From: a virus
Lineage: Duplodnaviria; Caudoviricetes
Strand: one strand, 5' to 3'
IMG/VR virus record: IMGVR_UViG_3300034062_005626
Length of the DNA stretch: 64,000 bases
Every line of letters starts with the position of its first letter. The stretch's first letter is position 1. A program made the position numbers and the translations under genes. The notes below the pieces were generated by a model. That model saw only the letters and a list, made by a program, of their open reading frames with translations, did not search any database and was not told the origin of the DNA. Of the stretch, positions 56,471-63,998 are shown piece after piece.

Positions 56471-58927
56471 CTATTTTAGAATTTGAATATATCCATAGTA
56501 TTCTTTGATTTCGTCAGTTTCAGGAACCCCAAATCTCATTACCCAAGTATATACACCATCTTGACATCTTACATTATTATATGTTCCATCCCATTTTGAT
56601 TTACTATCAAAACTTTCCCACACGGTTTCACCCCATCTATTGTATATTAAAAAGTGAAATTGGTGTATATCAACTCCCGAAGTAATAATAGGTTGAAAGT
56701 ACTGATTATATTGGTCATTATCAGGAGTGAATGTATTTGGAATATAAAAAATTTCATTTGGACATAACTCCACGGTCACTATAAAGTTTTCAGGATTAGA
56801 TACACAACCATTATCCCATCTAACAACTTGAAATTGAAATATACCATCTTGATTCCAAGTTATGTTTAGATTTTGTGATTGTGTTGTATCGCCAAAATGG
56901 TACCACTCGTTATATCCTCCACTTGCTGAGTTTGCTCCGAATACATCTGTAATAGTATCTCCTTGACATATCTGATGGTACTCAGTGTTTTCACCAACAG
57001 TACCATTTGTTACAGGTATTAAATTTGGTCTTGGATAAACTTGAACTTGAATTGAATCAAAAAACCAACATCCAGATTGATTATAAGTGTAAGAAACAGT
57101 ATCAACACCAATAAACCCATTATCAGGACAATATTCACCTCCCCATACATTTAACCCTGCGAAAATACCGTTTGGAGGTGTTGCAATTAAATTAATACAA
57201 TTATCATATTCACAAAAAGGACCAACAGGTGTTATTTGAGGTAAAATGTTTAAAACATAAACGGTAAAAGTTTGTGGTTGACTTTGACACCCAAGTTGAT
57301 TTTCACCAATTACAGTTAATAAGTTTGTGTATAATCCACTACTAACACCATTTACATCTAAATTAATTTGGTTGGTTCCTTGTCCTTGAGAAATATTTCC
57401 AACTAATGTTGACCAATTATATGTTAAATTTAGTGTTGGACTAGAAACGTTATATTGATTTAGTAATGAATTAAAACACACTGTATCAGAACCCGTAATA
57501 GGATTGATTATAACTTGTGGTGGGTCATTTAAAACTGTTGTTTGAGTTGCAGGACAATTATTGGCATCAATTACCAAAACGGAATAATTACCTGAACAAA
57601 GATTTGTCGCGTTTTGAGTATTTTGGCTATTAGACCATAAAAAAGTATATGGTGCAATACCATCAATTGGATTTACAACCGCCGAACCATTACAATACCC
57701 AAAACATGTTGGATTGGTTGGTGTTATTGTTGGTGATAGTAATGCTGCCGGGTCAATCAAAGTCGCAGACCCGTTGAAGTTGCAGTTATTTGCATCTGTT
57801 AAAGTAAAATTATATGTACCTTCACATAAATTATTTAAAGTTAAATTATTACCTAATCCATTCCAATTTATTATAAATGGACCAACCCCACCAACAGGTA
57901 CAACGGTTGCAGAACCATTACAACTATCATTACAAAGGGGATTTGTTACTACAATGTTTGGTGTTGGTAAAACTGGTGTAGGTACTACATGTATTGTGTC
58001 AGGACCTAACCCAACTCCTTGTTGATTACAAGTAGACCAACCCGCATTGCAAGGTCCATATTCTAATTTACAAGTATAATAAGCTCCACCAATAGGAGGG
58101 GTTACTGTAATACTTTGACCTGTACCAATAGATACGGGATTTCCAACTTGATACCAAGTTAATACAGGTAGAACTACAGGTCCTGATGGTGTATATCGTC
58201 TTGCATCATTAACTGTGGTCCATTGTGTTGAATTTCGACCTGCAACCGTAACCGCTTGAGTTCCTGTAAGATTATGAATACCCTGAACCGCGGTTCCTTG
58301 AGCCCATTGAGGACAATTTGGTTTATTTGCAATATAGTTTTCGATTACATTTGTAGACTCGTATAATACGATATGAAAAGTACCTTGTAAATTGGTGCAC
58401 GAATACATAGGAACACCAACCCAACTAACCACTAACTTTCTACATGGCGCAACTCCTTGAACTTGATACCTAATTTGACCTCCAATACCAGGATTCCAAT
58501 CTTGCCAAGGACCCATTATACAGTTTTTAGGAACTGCGGCATTTGGTGTTGGGATTGCTAGTGATGCAAACGTTCCTGGTTGAACCCCAGCACCTAACGA
58601 AACCCACCCATTTGACCCAATTCTAAATTGAGTAAAAATTTGACCATAGTAACAAAAAGTGAAACCAATATTAAATACTCCTGATTGTGAGTCGTCAGTT
58701 AATTGAACCAAAGTTCCATTATTTGTTTGAGGAACATATGTAATTTGAGATACATTATAGTTTGATGTTCCATTTGGGTTTGAACCTTGACCACATTGTG
58801 AAAGGTCTGCAGTTAAAGTGGTTTGAGTTACACCACAAGGAAGATTTAAGTCAGGCCCAATAAAAGGACAATACTGCGAAAACGTGATAAATGTGATAAG
58901 GGAAAATATTAATGTAATGAACTTCAT
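56471..58927 (-). CDS. T9SS substrate: signal peptide, SprB repeats, type B (gliding motility-associated) C-terminal domain
   Basis: MKFITLIFSLITFITFSQ; two NPxC...CNGSA.V.P.GG..P...W...NLC.G.Y.....DANNC units; FYIPNTFTPDND..N, IYNRWG, WDGTY, DGVYTW. Confidence 0.9.
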   Translation of the reverse strand: MKFITLIFSLITFITFSQYCPFIGPDLNLPCGVTQTTLTADLSQCGQGSNPNGTSNYNVSQITYVPQTNNGTLVQLTDDSQSGVFNIGFTFCYYGQIFTQFRIGSNGWVSLGAGVQPGTFASLAIPTPNAAVPKNCIMGPWQDWNPGIGGQIRYQVQGVAPCRKLVVSWVGVPMYSCTNLQGTFHIVLYESTNVIENYIANKPNCPQWAQGTAVQGIHNLTGTQAVTVAGRNSTQWTTVNDARRYTPSGPVVLPVLTWYQVGNPVSIGTGQSITVTPPIGGAYYTCKLEYGPCNAGWSTCNQQGVGLGPDTIHVVPTPVLPTPNIVVTNPLCNDSCNGSATVVPVGGVGPFIINWNGLGNNLTLNNLCEGTYNFTLTDANNCNFNGSATLIDPAALLSPTITPTNPTCFGYCNGSAVVNPIDGIAPYTFLWSNSQNTQNATNLCSGNYSVLVIDANNCPATQTTVLNDPPQVIINPITGSDTVCFNSLLNQYNVSSPTLNLTYNWSTLVGNISQGQGTNQINLDVNGVSSGLYTNLLTVIGENQLGCQSQPQTFTVYVLNILPQITPVGPFCEYDNCINLIATPPNGIFAGLNVWGGEYCPDNGFIGVDTVSYTYNQSGCWFFDSIQVQVYPRPNLIPVTNGTVGENTEYHQICQGDTITDVFGANSASGGYNEWYHFGDTTQSQNLNITWNQDGIFQFQVVRWDNGCVSNPENFIVTVELCPNEIFYIPNTFTPDNDQYNQYFQPIITSGVDIHQFHFLIYNRWGETVWESFDSKSKWDGTYNNVRCQDGVYTWVMRFGVPETDEIKEYYGYIQILK

Positions 58928-58933
58928 AGTTTT

Positions 58934-58945
58934 TATTTATAAATA
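58934..58945. promoter_or_regulatory. palindromic late motif TATTTATAAATA
   Basis: Upstream of the T9SS substrate gene. Confidence 0.55.
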
Positions 58946-59028
58946 GATTTTATGTTATATTAAAAAATAGACAATTTTCTTTTACAGTCAATTTTTTATT
59001 ATATCGTGTATCTGTATATTTATTTTAT

Positions 59029-59709
59029 ATGACGAAGTTAAAGTTACTTGGTAGTCTTGTTGATACAATAAAAGAACAAGGGTTGGGTAGATACTCAGGC
59101 TTTTATGTTGCAACACCTCCAATTGAGGGTGAGGAGCCAATAGGTTATGATTATGATGAAAATGAACCGCTGACAGTGTCAGATGTTGAAAATTTTGGAG
59201 AGGTGACTGATGAGGAGGTAGAAGAAATTTCAAAACTTGACACTTTTCCGGCAAAAGGAAAATGTAAAGAATGGTCACACTTATCTAAAAATGGTAAAAA
59301 AAATGGTGAGTTAAGTTCTTCTGAATTACAGACTTTAAAACATCATACAGAGCACCAACTAAGTGTTGAAGCCGCAAAAAACTTTGACAAATTAGAAGAT
59401 AAATTTATACAAAAGTATGGTAGAAAAATAAATAATTTTACCGATTCATATAGGCCATATTTGGTTCAATGGGATAAATTTGATTGGAATAAATGTATAA
59501 AAACCGGAAAACCTATAAAAAAAGAAACTGAAAATATTACTATTTCTTATCCTGGCACATCTAATCACGGTTGGGGTGAGGCTGTTGATATTTTTGACTC
59601 AGATTGGCAAAAATTCGCTAAAGAACACGGAAAAAAATATGGTTGGTGTTGGGGGGAAAACAAAAGTGAATCTTGGCACTTTACTTATGATTTAAGTTAT
59701 TGTTCTTAA
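59029..59709 (+). CDS. leader-bearing M15 (VanY-like D,D-carboxypeptidase / endolysin-type) zinc peptidase
   Basis: DSYRPYLVQ, PGTSNHGWGEAVDI (SxHx6D), ESWHF; leader MTKLKLLGSLVDTIKE. Confidence 0.9.
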   Translation: MTKLKLLGSLVDTIKEQGLGRYSGFYVATPPIEGEEPIGYDYDENEPLTVSDVENFGEVTDEEVEEISKLDTFPAKGKCKEWSHLSKNGKKNGELSSSELQTLKHHTEHQLSVEAAKNFDKLEDKFIQKYGRKINNFTDSYRPYLVQWDKFDWNKCIKTGKPIKKETENITISYPGTSNHGWGEAVDIFDSDWQKFAKEHGKKYGWCWGENKSESWHFTYDLSYCS

Positions 59710-59712
59710 AAA

Positions 59713-59743
59713 TTTGTAGATTAATAAAAAAAGTTTATTTTTG
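59713..59743 (+). promoter_or_regulatory. Bacteroidota sigma-70 promoter TTTG-N19-TATTTTTG
   Basis: -33 at 59713-59716, 19-nt spacer, -7 at 59736-59743. Confidence 0.75.
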
Positions 59744-59760
59744 TATAAATAAATTAATCT

Positions 59761-60081
59761 ATGAAAACGACACCACAAGAAGAAGCTGAAGTTTATAAAA
59801 ACTACCCAAAAAAACGTCTAAAAAAAGTAATCGCCACTTATAAGTTTTTTAAACTTTTAAATGACGATACTTTAAATTTTGTTTTTTCTTTTTTAACCGT
59901 TATTGTTCCTCAAATTTTAATTTTTGGTTTCAGTTTTGGTATTTTATTATTTTCAGTTTTATTTCACTTTTTTGTTTGTTGGTTATACATGGTGAAATAT
60001 AAAAATATCAAATTAGTTACTGATGAGGAAAAAGAAGAAATCGTTGTAATTCTTAAAATTTTAAAAGATTACCTAAATTAA
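59761..60081 (+). CDS. small membrane protein
   Basis: Long hydrophobic segment(s) at about aa 38-78. Confidence 0.7.
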   Translation: MKTTPQEEAEVYKNYPKKRLKKVIATYKFFKLLNDDTLNFVFSFLTVIVPQILIFGFSFGILLFSVLFHFFVCWLYMVKYKNIKLVTDEEKEEIVVILKILKDYLN

Positions 60082-60755
60082 TAGAAATATCTTTCATCCA
60101 TTCCACCTCTTCTTCTTGAGGCCTTTTTATCTTCAAGAAAATCTTTTGATGCTCTACCTTTGAAATACATTATTACACCTAATACTGCAATATAAAATGC
60201 AAATGGACCACAATGTCTTGAACATCCAGAACTTTGAACGATGTCATATACCATGTCTAAAAATTTGAAATCGACGTGACCTGGAATTTGAGATATAAAT
60301 GCTAAACCTGCAACACCCAATAAACCTACACCACCAAAGATATTTGCTCTTGCTATAATTGATTTAATTCTATCAAATTTTCCTTCAAATAGGTAAGATT
60401 CAGATACTACTCCAATAATATCTTCAATTTTTTCTGATGCCTTTTCTTCTCTATCTGATAGTTCTTCGTCTACACTATTTTCCAATTCATCTACAACTCT
60501 ATCAATATTAATTCGTGAAGCCATTCTTGATAAATCACTTAGTTCATCATCGTCCATTTCAGGGGCAATCATCTCTCCAAATAATTTAGATACTTCTTTT
60601 GCCGCTCCCATAATGTCAAAATAACCACCTCTATCTTTGAAATCCATTTTCATAGACATTTCATCTTCCATTTCGTCTTTTGCCTCACGTACCATTTTTT
60701 TAATTAATCGGCTTAATTGAGCCTCATTTAATGTAAATTCAATTCTTCTTTTCAT
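60078..60755 (-). CDS. leader-bearing two-TM membrane protein
   Basis: Leader MKRRIEFTLNEAQLSRLIKKMVRE; hydrophobic IFGGVGLLGVAGLAFI and FAFYIAVLGVIMYF. Confidence 0.75.
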   Translation of the reverse strand: MKRRIEFTLNEAQLSRLIKKMVREAKDEMEDEMSMKMDFKDRGGYFDIMGAAKEVSKLFGEMIAPEMDDDELSDLSRMASRINIDRVVDELENSVDEELSDREEKASEKIEDIIGVVSESYLFEGKFDRIKSIIARANIFGGVGLLGVAGLAFISQIPGHVDFKFLDMVYDIVQSSGCSRHCGPFAFYIAVLGVIMYFKGRASKDFLEDKKASRRRGGMDERYFY

Positions 60756-60759
60756 TTTT

Positions 60760-61254
60760 TTATTTTAAAAATCTTAGTTTATATATTGTCGAGTTTATTA
60801 ACTCAATTATTGTATCAATTTGATTTTGTAAATATGAATCCTCACAACAATCTCTTAAGTTGTCAACTTGTTTACATAAATTTTTCATGTATTCACAAGT
60901 TTTTTCAGTACTTTGCCAATCTTGTATTTCCATTGTTTCATAACCTTTTACAATACCATATTTTCCTTGGTAAGATTCAATTAAACCATCAACCAATGCA
61001 TCCACACCTTCATAATAGTTTTGTGTTGCTTTATGTTCTGAATAAGATTGTGTTTGTAAATGTAGTGTGTGTACTTGTGTTTGCGAATGTAAAAGAATTG
61101 AGGCTAATTTTGCGAAATCACCTGAAACACCCTCGTCACCCATTGACTCATCTTCCATTTCAAAATCTTGCGTTTCAAAATCTTCCATTTCTTGTTCACT
61201 CATAAGATTTTTTATGTTGAACTTTCTATTTAATAGTTGTTTTTTTGTAATCAT
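60760..61254 (-). CDS. leader-bearing ferritin/Dps-like four-helix protein (DUF5856-like)
   Basis: HSQTQVHTLHLQTQSYSEHKA..YYEGVDALVDGLIESYQGKYG; LQNQIDTI. Confidence 0.75.
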   Translation of the reverse strand: MITKKQLLNRKFNIKNLMSEQEMEDFETQDFEMEDESMGDEGVSGDFAKLASILLHSQTQVHTLHLQTQSYSEHKATQNYYEGVDALVDGLIESYQGKYGIVKGYETMEIQDWQSTEKTCEYMKNLCKQVDNLRDCCEDSYLQNQIDTIIELINSTIYKLRFLK

Positions 61255-61268
61255 ATTTTTTTTATTTT

Positions 61269-61282
61269 ATATTTATAAATAT
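61269..61282. promoter_or_regulatory. palindromic late motif ATATTTATAAATAT shared by divergent genes
   Basis: Perfect palindrome in a 26-bp intergenic gap between two divergent leader genes. Confidence 0.65.
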
Positions 61283-61901
61283 GTCGTTATTAAAAGAAGT
61301 GTATAGAATCCAAAAATTGATGAATATAACTGAATCAATAAATATGTCCAATTCTATATTTGAAAAGTTTGACATTGATGAGTTTAAAAATTTTCCACCT
61401 CCATCGGATGATAGTTCAGAAACAAAAAAAGAAATTGAGTTTTTAAAAAGCATTGATTTGAAACAAAAATTCGTTCAAAAAAAAGATGACATTGAAGGTA
61501 ATTTTATTGAACTATTAAAAAAACATGGAATTAATGAAAAAAAACTTGTTAATAAATTATCCAAGGATGTAAGAAAAATAATTTTAGAACTCAAATTATT
61601 TTATAAAAGACCAAGACCTTTTAGGTTGGATAGTAAATTGAATGATAGATTATTAAAATCAATGGAAGGTTTTGCATACCCATCAGGTCATTCAACACAA
61701 TCACATTTATTATATTATGTTTTATCTGAACTATATCCAAATTTGAAAACAGAATTATTGAAAGTAACTGAAGATATTGTTTTTTCTAGACAAATGGCAA
61801 AAGCACATTACCCTTCAGATATTAAATTTGGAAAAAAACTTGCAAAATCTTTGTTTGATTATTTGAAAAAAAACAAATTGATTAAATTAAATCAGGAATA
61901 A
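61281..61901 (+). CDS. leader-bearing PAP2/class A acid phosphatase (vanadium haloperoxidase fold)
   Basis: K..YKRPRP, YPSGHST, SRQMAKAHYPSD catalytic motifs; leader MSLLKEVYRIQKLMNITE. Confidence 0.9.
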   Translation: MSLLKEVYRIQKLMNITESINMSNSIFEKFDIDEFKNFPPPSDDSSETKKEIEFLKSIDLKQKFVQKKDDIEGNFIELLKKHGINEKKLVNKLSKDVRKIILELKLFYKRPRPFRLDSKLNDRLLKSMEGFAYPSGHSTQSHLLYYVLSELYPNLKTELLKVTEDIVFSRQMAKAHYPSDIKFGKKLAKSLFDYLKKNKLIKLNQE

Positions 61902-62430
61902 TTTTTTCTTCAACAAAATATTCAACTTCATCAATAAGTTGACCTAGTTCATCGGTTAGAAACGCCTCTTCATCACCTTGTGGTTTTGAAGATGGGTCAT
62001 TTGCATCATAAGTTAAAAAGTCACCAGTGTCCTCAACAAAATCTAACATACCCAAGGTTTTGTCTTCATCAACCACAATACACCCTATCCATTCTCTATT
62101 ATCCCACATTACAGTTCCAAACAACATTTTAACTCCCATGTCCTCTTCATCGTAGTCAAATTGAAATGAAAAAATGCTTTTATCGGCCAACTCTGTTTCC
62201 CAAGTTTCACCTGATTTATCATCAATTTCCTGATTATCATTTGGCTCATCAGGTACGAACTCGCCCCTTTGACCCGATTTCAAATGTTCAGAATATTTGT
62301 TTAATGTTGATTTTTCTTGTGATGTTAAATTTTCATAACCCACTTTACTCATTTTATCTAAAATATCGTCAATTACCGGTATGTTTTCCAATAAAATTTT
62401 ATATTGTGATTCTGTGATAATAAATTTCAT
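61882..62430 (-). CDS. leader-bearing protein with DUF6576-like helical motif
   Basis: Leader MKFIITESQYKILLE then IDDILDKMSKVGYENLTSQEKSTL. Confidence 0.65.
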   Translation of the reverse strand: MKFIITESQYKILLENIPVIDDILDKMSKVGYENLTSQEKSTLNKYSEHLKSGQRGEFVPDEPNDNQEIDDKSGETWETELADKSIFSFQFDYDEEDMGVKMLFGTVMWDNREWIGCIVVDEDKTLGMLDFVEDTGDFLTYDANDPSSKPQGDEEAFLTDELGQLIDEVEYFVEEKIIPDLI

Positions 62431-62469
62431 AATTATAAATAGTTTCTTTTTTTATTTTTGATAAATTAT

Positions 62470-62477
62470 TATATTTG
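62470..62477 (+). promoter_or_regulatory. Bacteroidota -7 element TATATTTG
   Basis: Consensus match just upstream of the uvrC-like ATG. Confidence 0.55.
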
Positions 62478-62482
62478 TAATA

Positions 62483-63757
62483 ATGTTGACCCAAAAACTC
62501 CAAAATATTCCAAAATCAAGCGGTTGTTACCTTTTTAAAGACAAAAAAGGTCAAATTATCTATGTTGGTAAAGCAAAACACCTCCCAAATAGGGTAAAAT
62601 CGTACTTTTCGGGTAATAAACACTCAGATAAGACTAAATTATTGGTAGAAAACGTTGCAGATGTAGATTTTTTGACCACATTAGACGAAAATTCCGCCCT
62701 TGTACTTGAAAATGACCTAATTAAGACCCACAAACCTAAATTTAACATCAAATTGAAGGATGATAGGTCAAAAAAGTGGTATATTACCTTATCTGATGGT
62801 AATTTTCCACGTTTAGAGGTTAAAAATGACACTAATTTAGACTCAACACCTCTTTTAGAAGTCCCAAGTAGTAATTTGGCGTATGAAATCTATGATACTA
62901 TCCACGACATCTTTAATTTACGTTCTTGTTCTTATGATTTATCACCTGAAAATGTGGAAAATGGTAAGTTTTCTTCTTGTTTAGAGTATCATATGAGTCG
63001 TTGCGACGCCCCATGCATTGCAAATACCAACAAATTTGTTTATAAATCTATTGTTGACGACGTTAAACAGTTATTATCATTTAATTTTGACACTATTAGA
63101 CGTAAACTAACACGTCAAATGAACTATTTTAGTTCAAAATTAGAGTTTGAACAAGCAAATACCATGAAATTTAGATTGGATGCTCTTGATAAGTATGAAA
63201 AATGTGTAGAATCAACAAGAATTGGTGGTTATTTGGTGATTGCAGATGACTTTAAGACTCGTTTCGGGTTAAAATTTACCCCAATCGACATAGAAATGTA
63301 CGATAATTCCCATACCATGGGTGATTGTCAGGTCGCAGGACTTGTTAGATACACAAATGGTAAGAAAAACAAGAGTGAATACCGTAAATTCAACATCAAA
63401 ACTGTTATTGGTCCTGATGATTACGCTTCATTTGATGAGGTTTTACGTAGAAGGTTTACAAGATTACTCAAAGAACGTAAAACTTTACCTAATTTGGTTA
63501 TTATCGATGGGGGTAAAGGTCAATTATCCGTAGCAAAGAGGGTATTTGAGGAACTTTCACTACTTGATAGGGTTGATTTAGTCTCTATTAGTAAGAACTC
63601 GTCTCACAAGTCAGAAAATTTACATTTTGTTGATGGTAAAAGTATAAAATTTGAGAGAAATAAGTTTTTTAATTTGTTAGCATCTATTCAAGATGAGGTT
63701 CACAGATTTGCAATTACTTTTCACCGTCAAAAACGTAGTAAATCTGTTATTAGATAA
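62483..63757 (+). CDS. uvrC: UvrC-like excinuclease lacking C-terminal HhH domain
   Basis: GCY...IIYVGKAK.L..RVKSYF GIY-YIG, 4-Cys cluster, UVR domain, MYDNSH, IDGGKGQL, IQDEVHRFAI. Confidence 0.9.
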   Translation: MLTQKLQNIPKSSGCYLFKDKKGQIIYVGKAKHLPNRVKSYFSGNKHSDKTKLLVENVADVDFLTTLDENSALVLENDLIKTHKPKFNIKLKDDRSKKWYITLSDGNFPRLEVKNDTNLDSTPLLEVPSSNLAYEIYDTIHDIFNLRSCSYDLSPENVENGKFSSCLEYHMSRCDAPCIANTNKFVYKSIVDDVKQLLSFNFDTIRRKLTRQMNYFSSKLEFEQANTMKFRLDALDKYEKCVESTRIGGYLVIADDFKTRFGLKFTPIDIEMYDNSHTMGDCQVAGLVRYTNGKKNKSEYRKFNIKTVIGPDDYASFDEVLRRRFTRLLKERKTLPNLVIIDGGKGQLSVAKRVFEELSLLDRVDLVSISKNSSHKSENLHFVDGKSIKFERNKFFNLLASIQDEVHRFAITFHRQKRSKSVIR

Positions 63758-63998
63758 ATTTATTGTTATAATAGCTTGCAATCCAATCGGCCTTTAATAA
63801 AGGTTCTTGATTTAATATTGAGTCAACACTCAAATAATACATTTCAGTTTCGTAATAAGTCTCTTTATTATATAAATAATTGTCTATGTATTCTTCAACA
63901 GCATCTATAACATCAGTTTTTTCCCCATTTAAAGTTGCTGATATTAGTTTTACTTTGTTGTCGATATAATAAGTTTCACCATCTTCCCAACCTAATTT
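63750..63998 (-). CDS. 3' end of a hypothetical gene truncated by the window edge (not in ORF track)
   Basis: 83 open codons KLGWEDGETYY...YYNNKFI* on minus strand, stop at 63750-63752. Confidence 0.65.
   Translation of the reverse strand, partial: KLGWEDGETYYIDNKVKLISATLNGEKTDVIDAVEEYIDNYLYNKETYYETEMYYLSVDSILNQEPLLKADWIASYYNNKFI

Noticed and set aside
61262-61453. Short antisense ORFs across the window (e.g. 2881..3120, 21184..21573, 26962..27285, 27310..27648, 49164..49604, 61262..61453)
   Set aside because: Fully overlap well-supported genes on the opposite strand and show no recognisable motifs.
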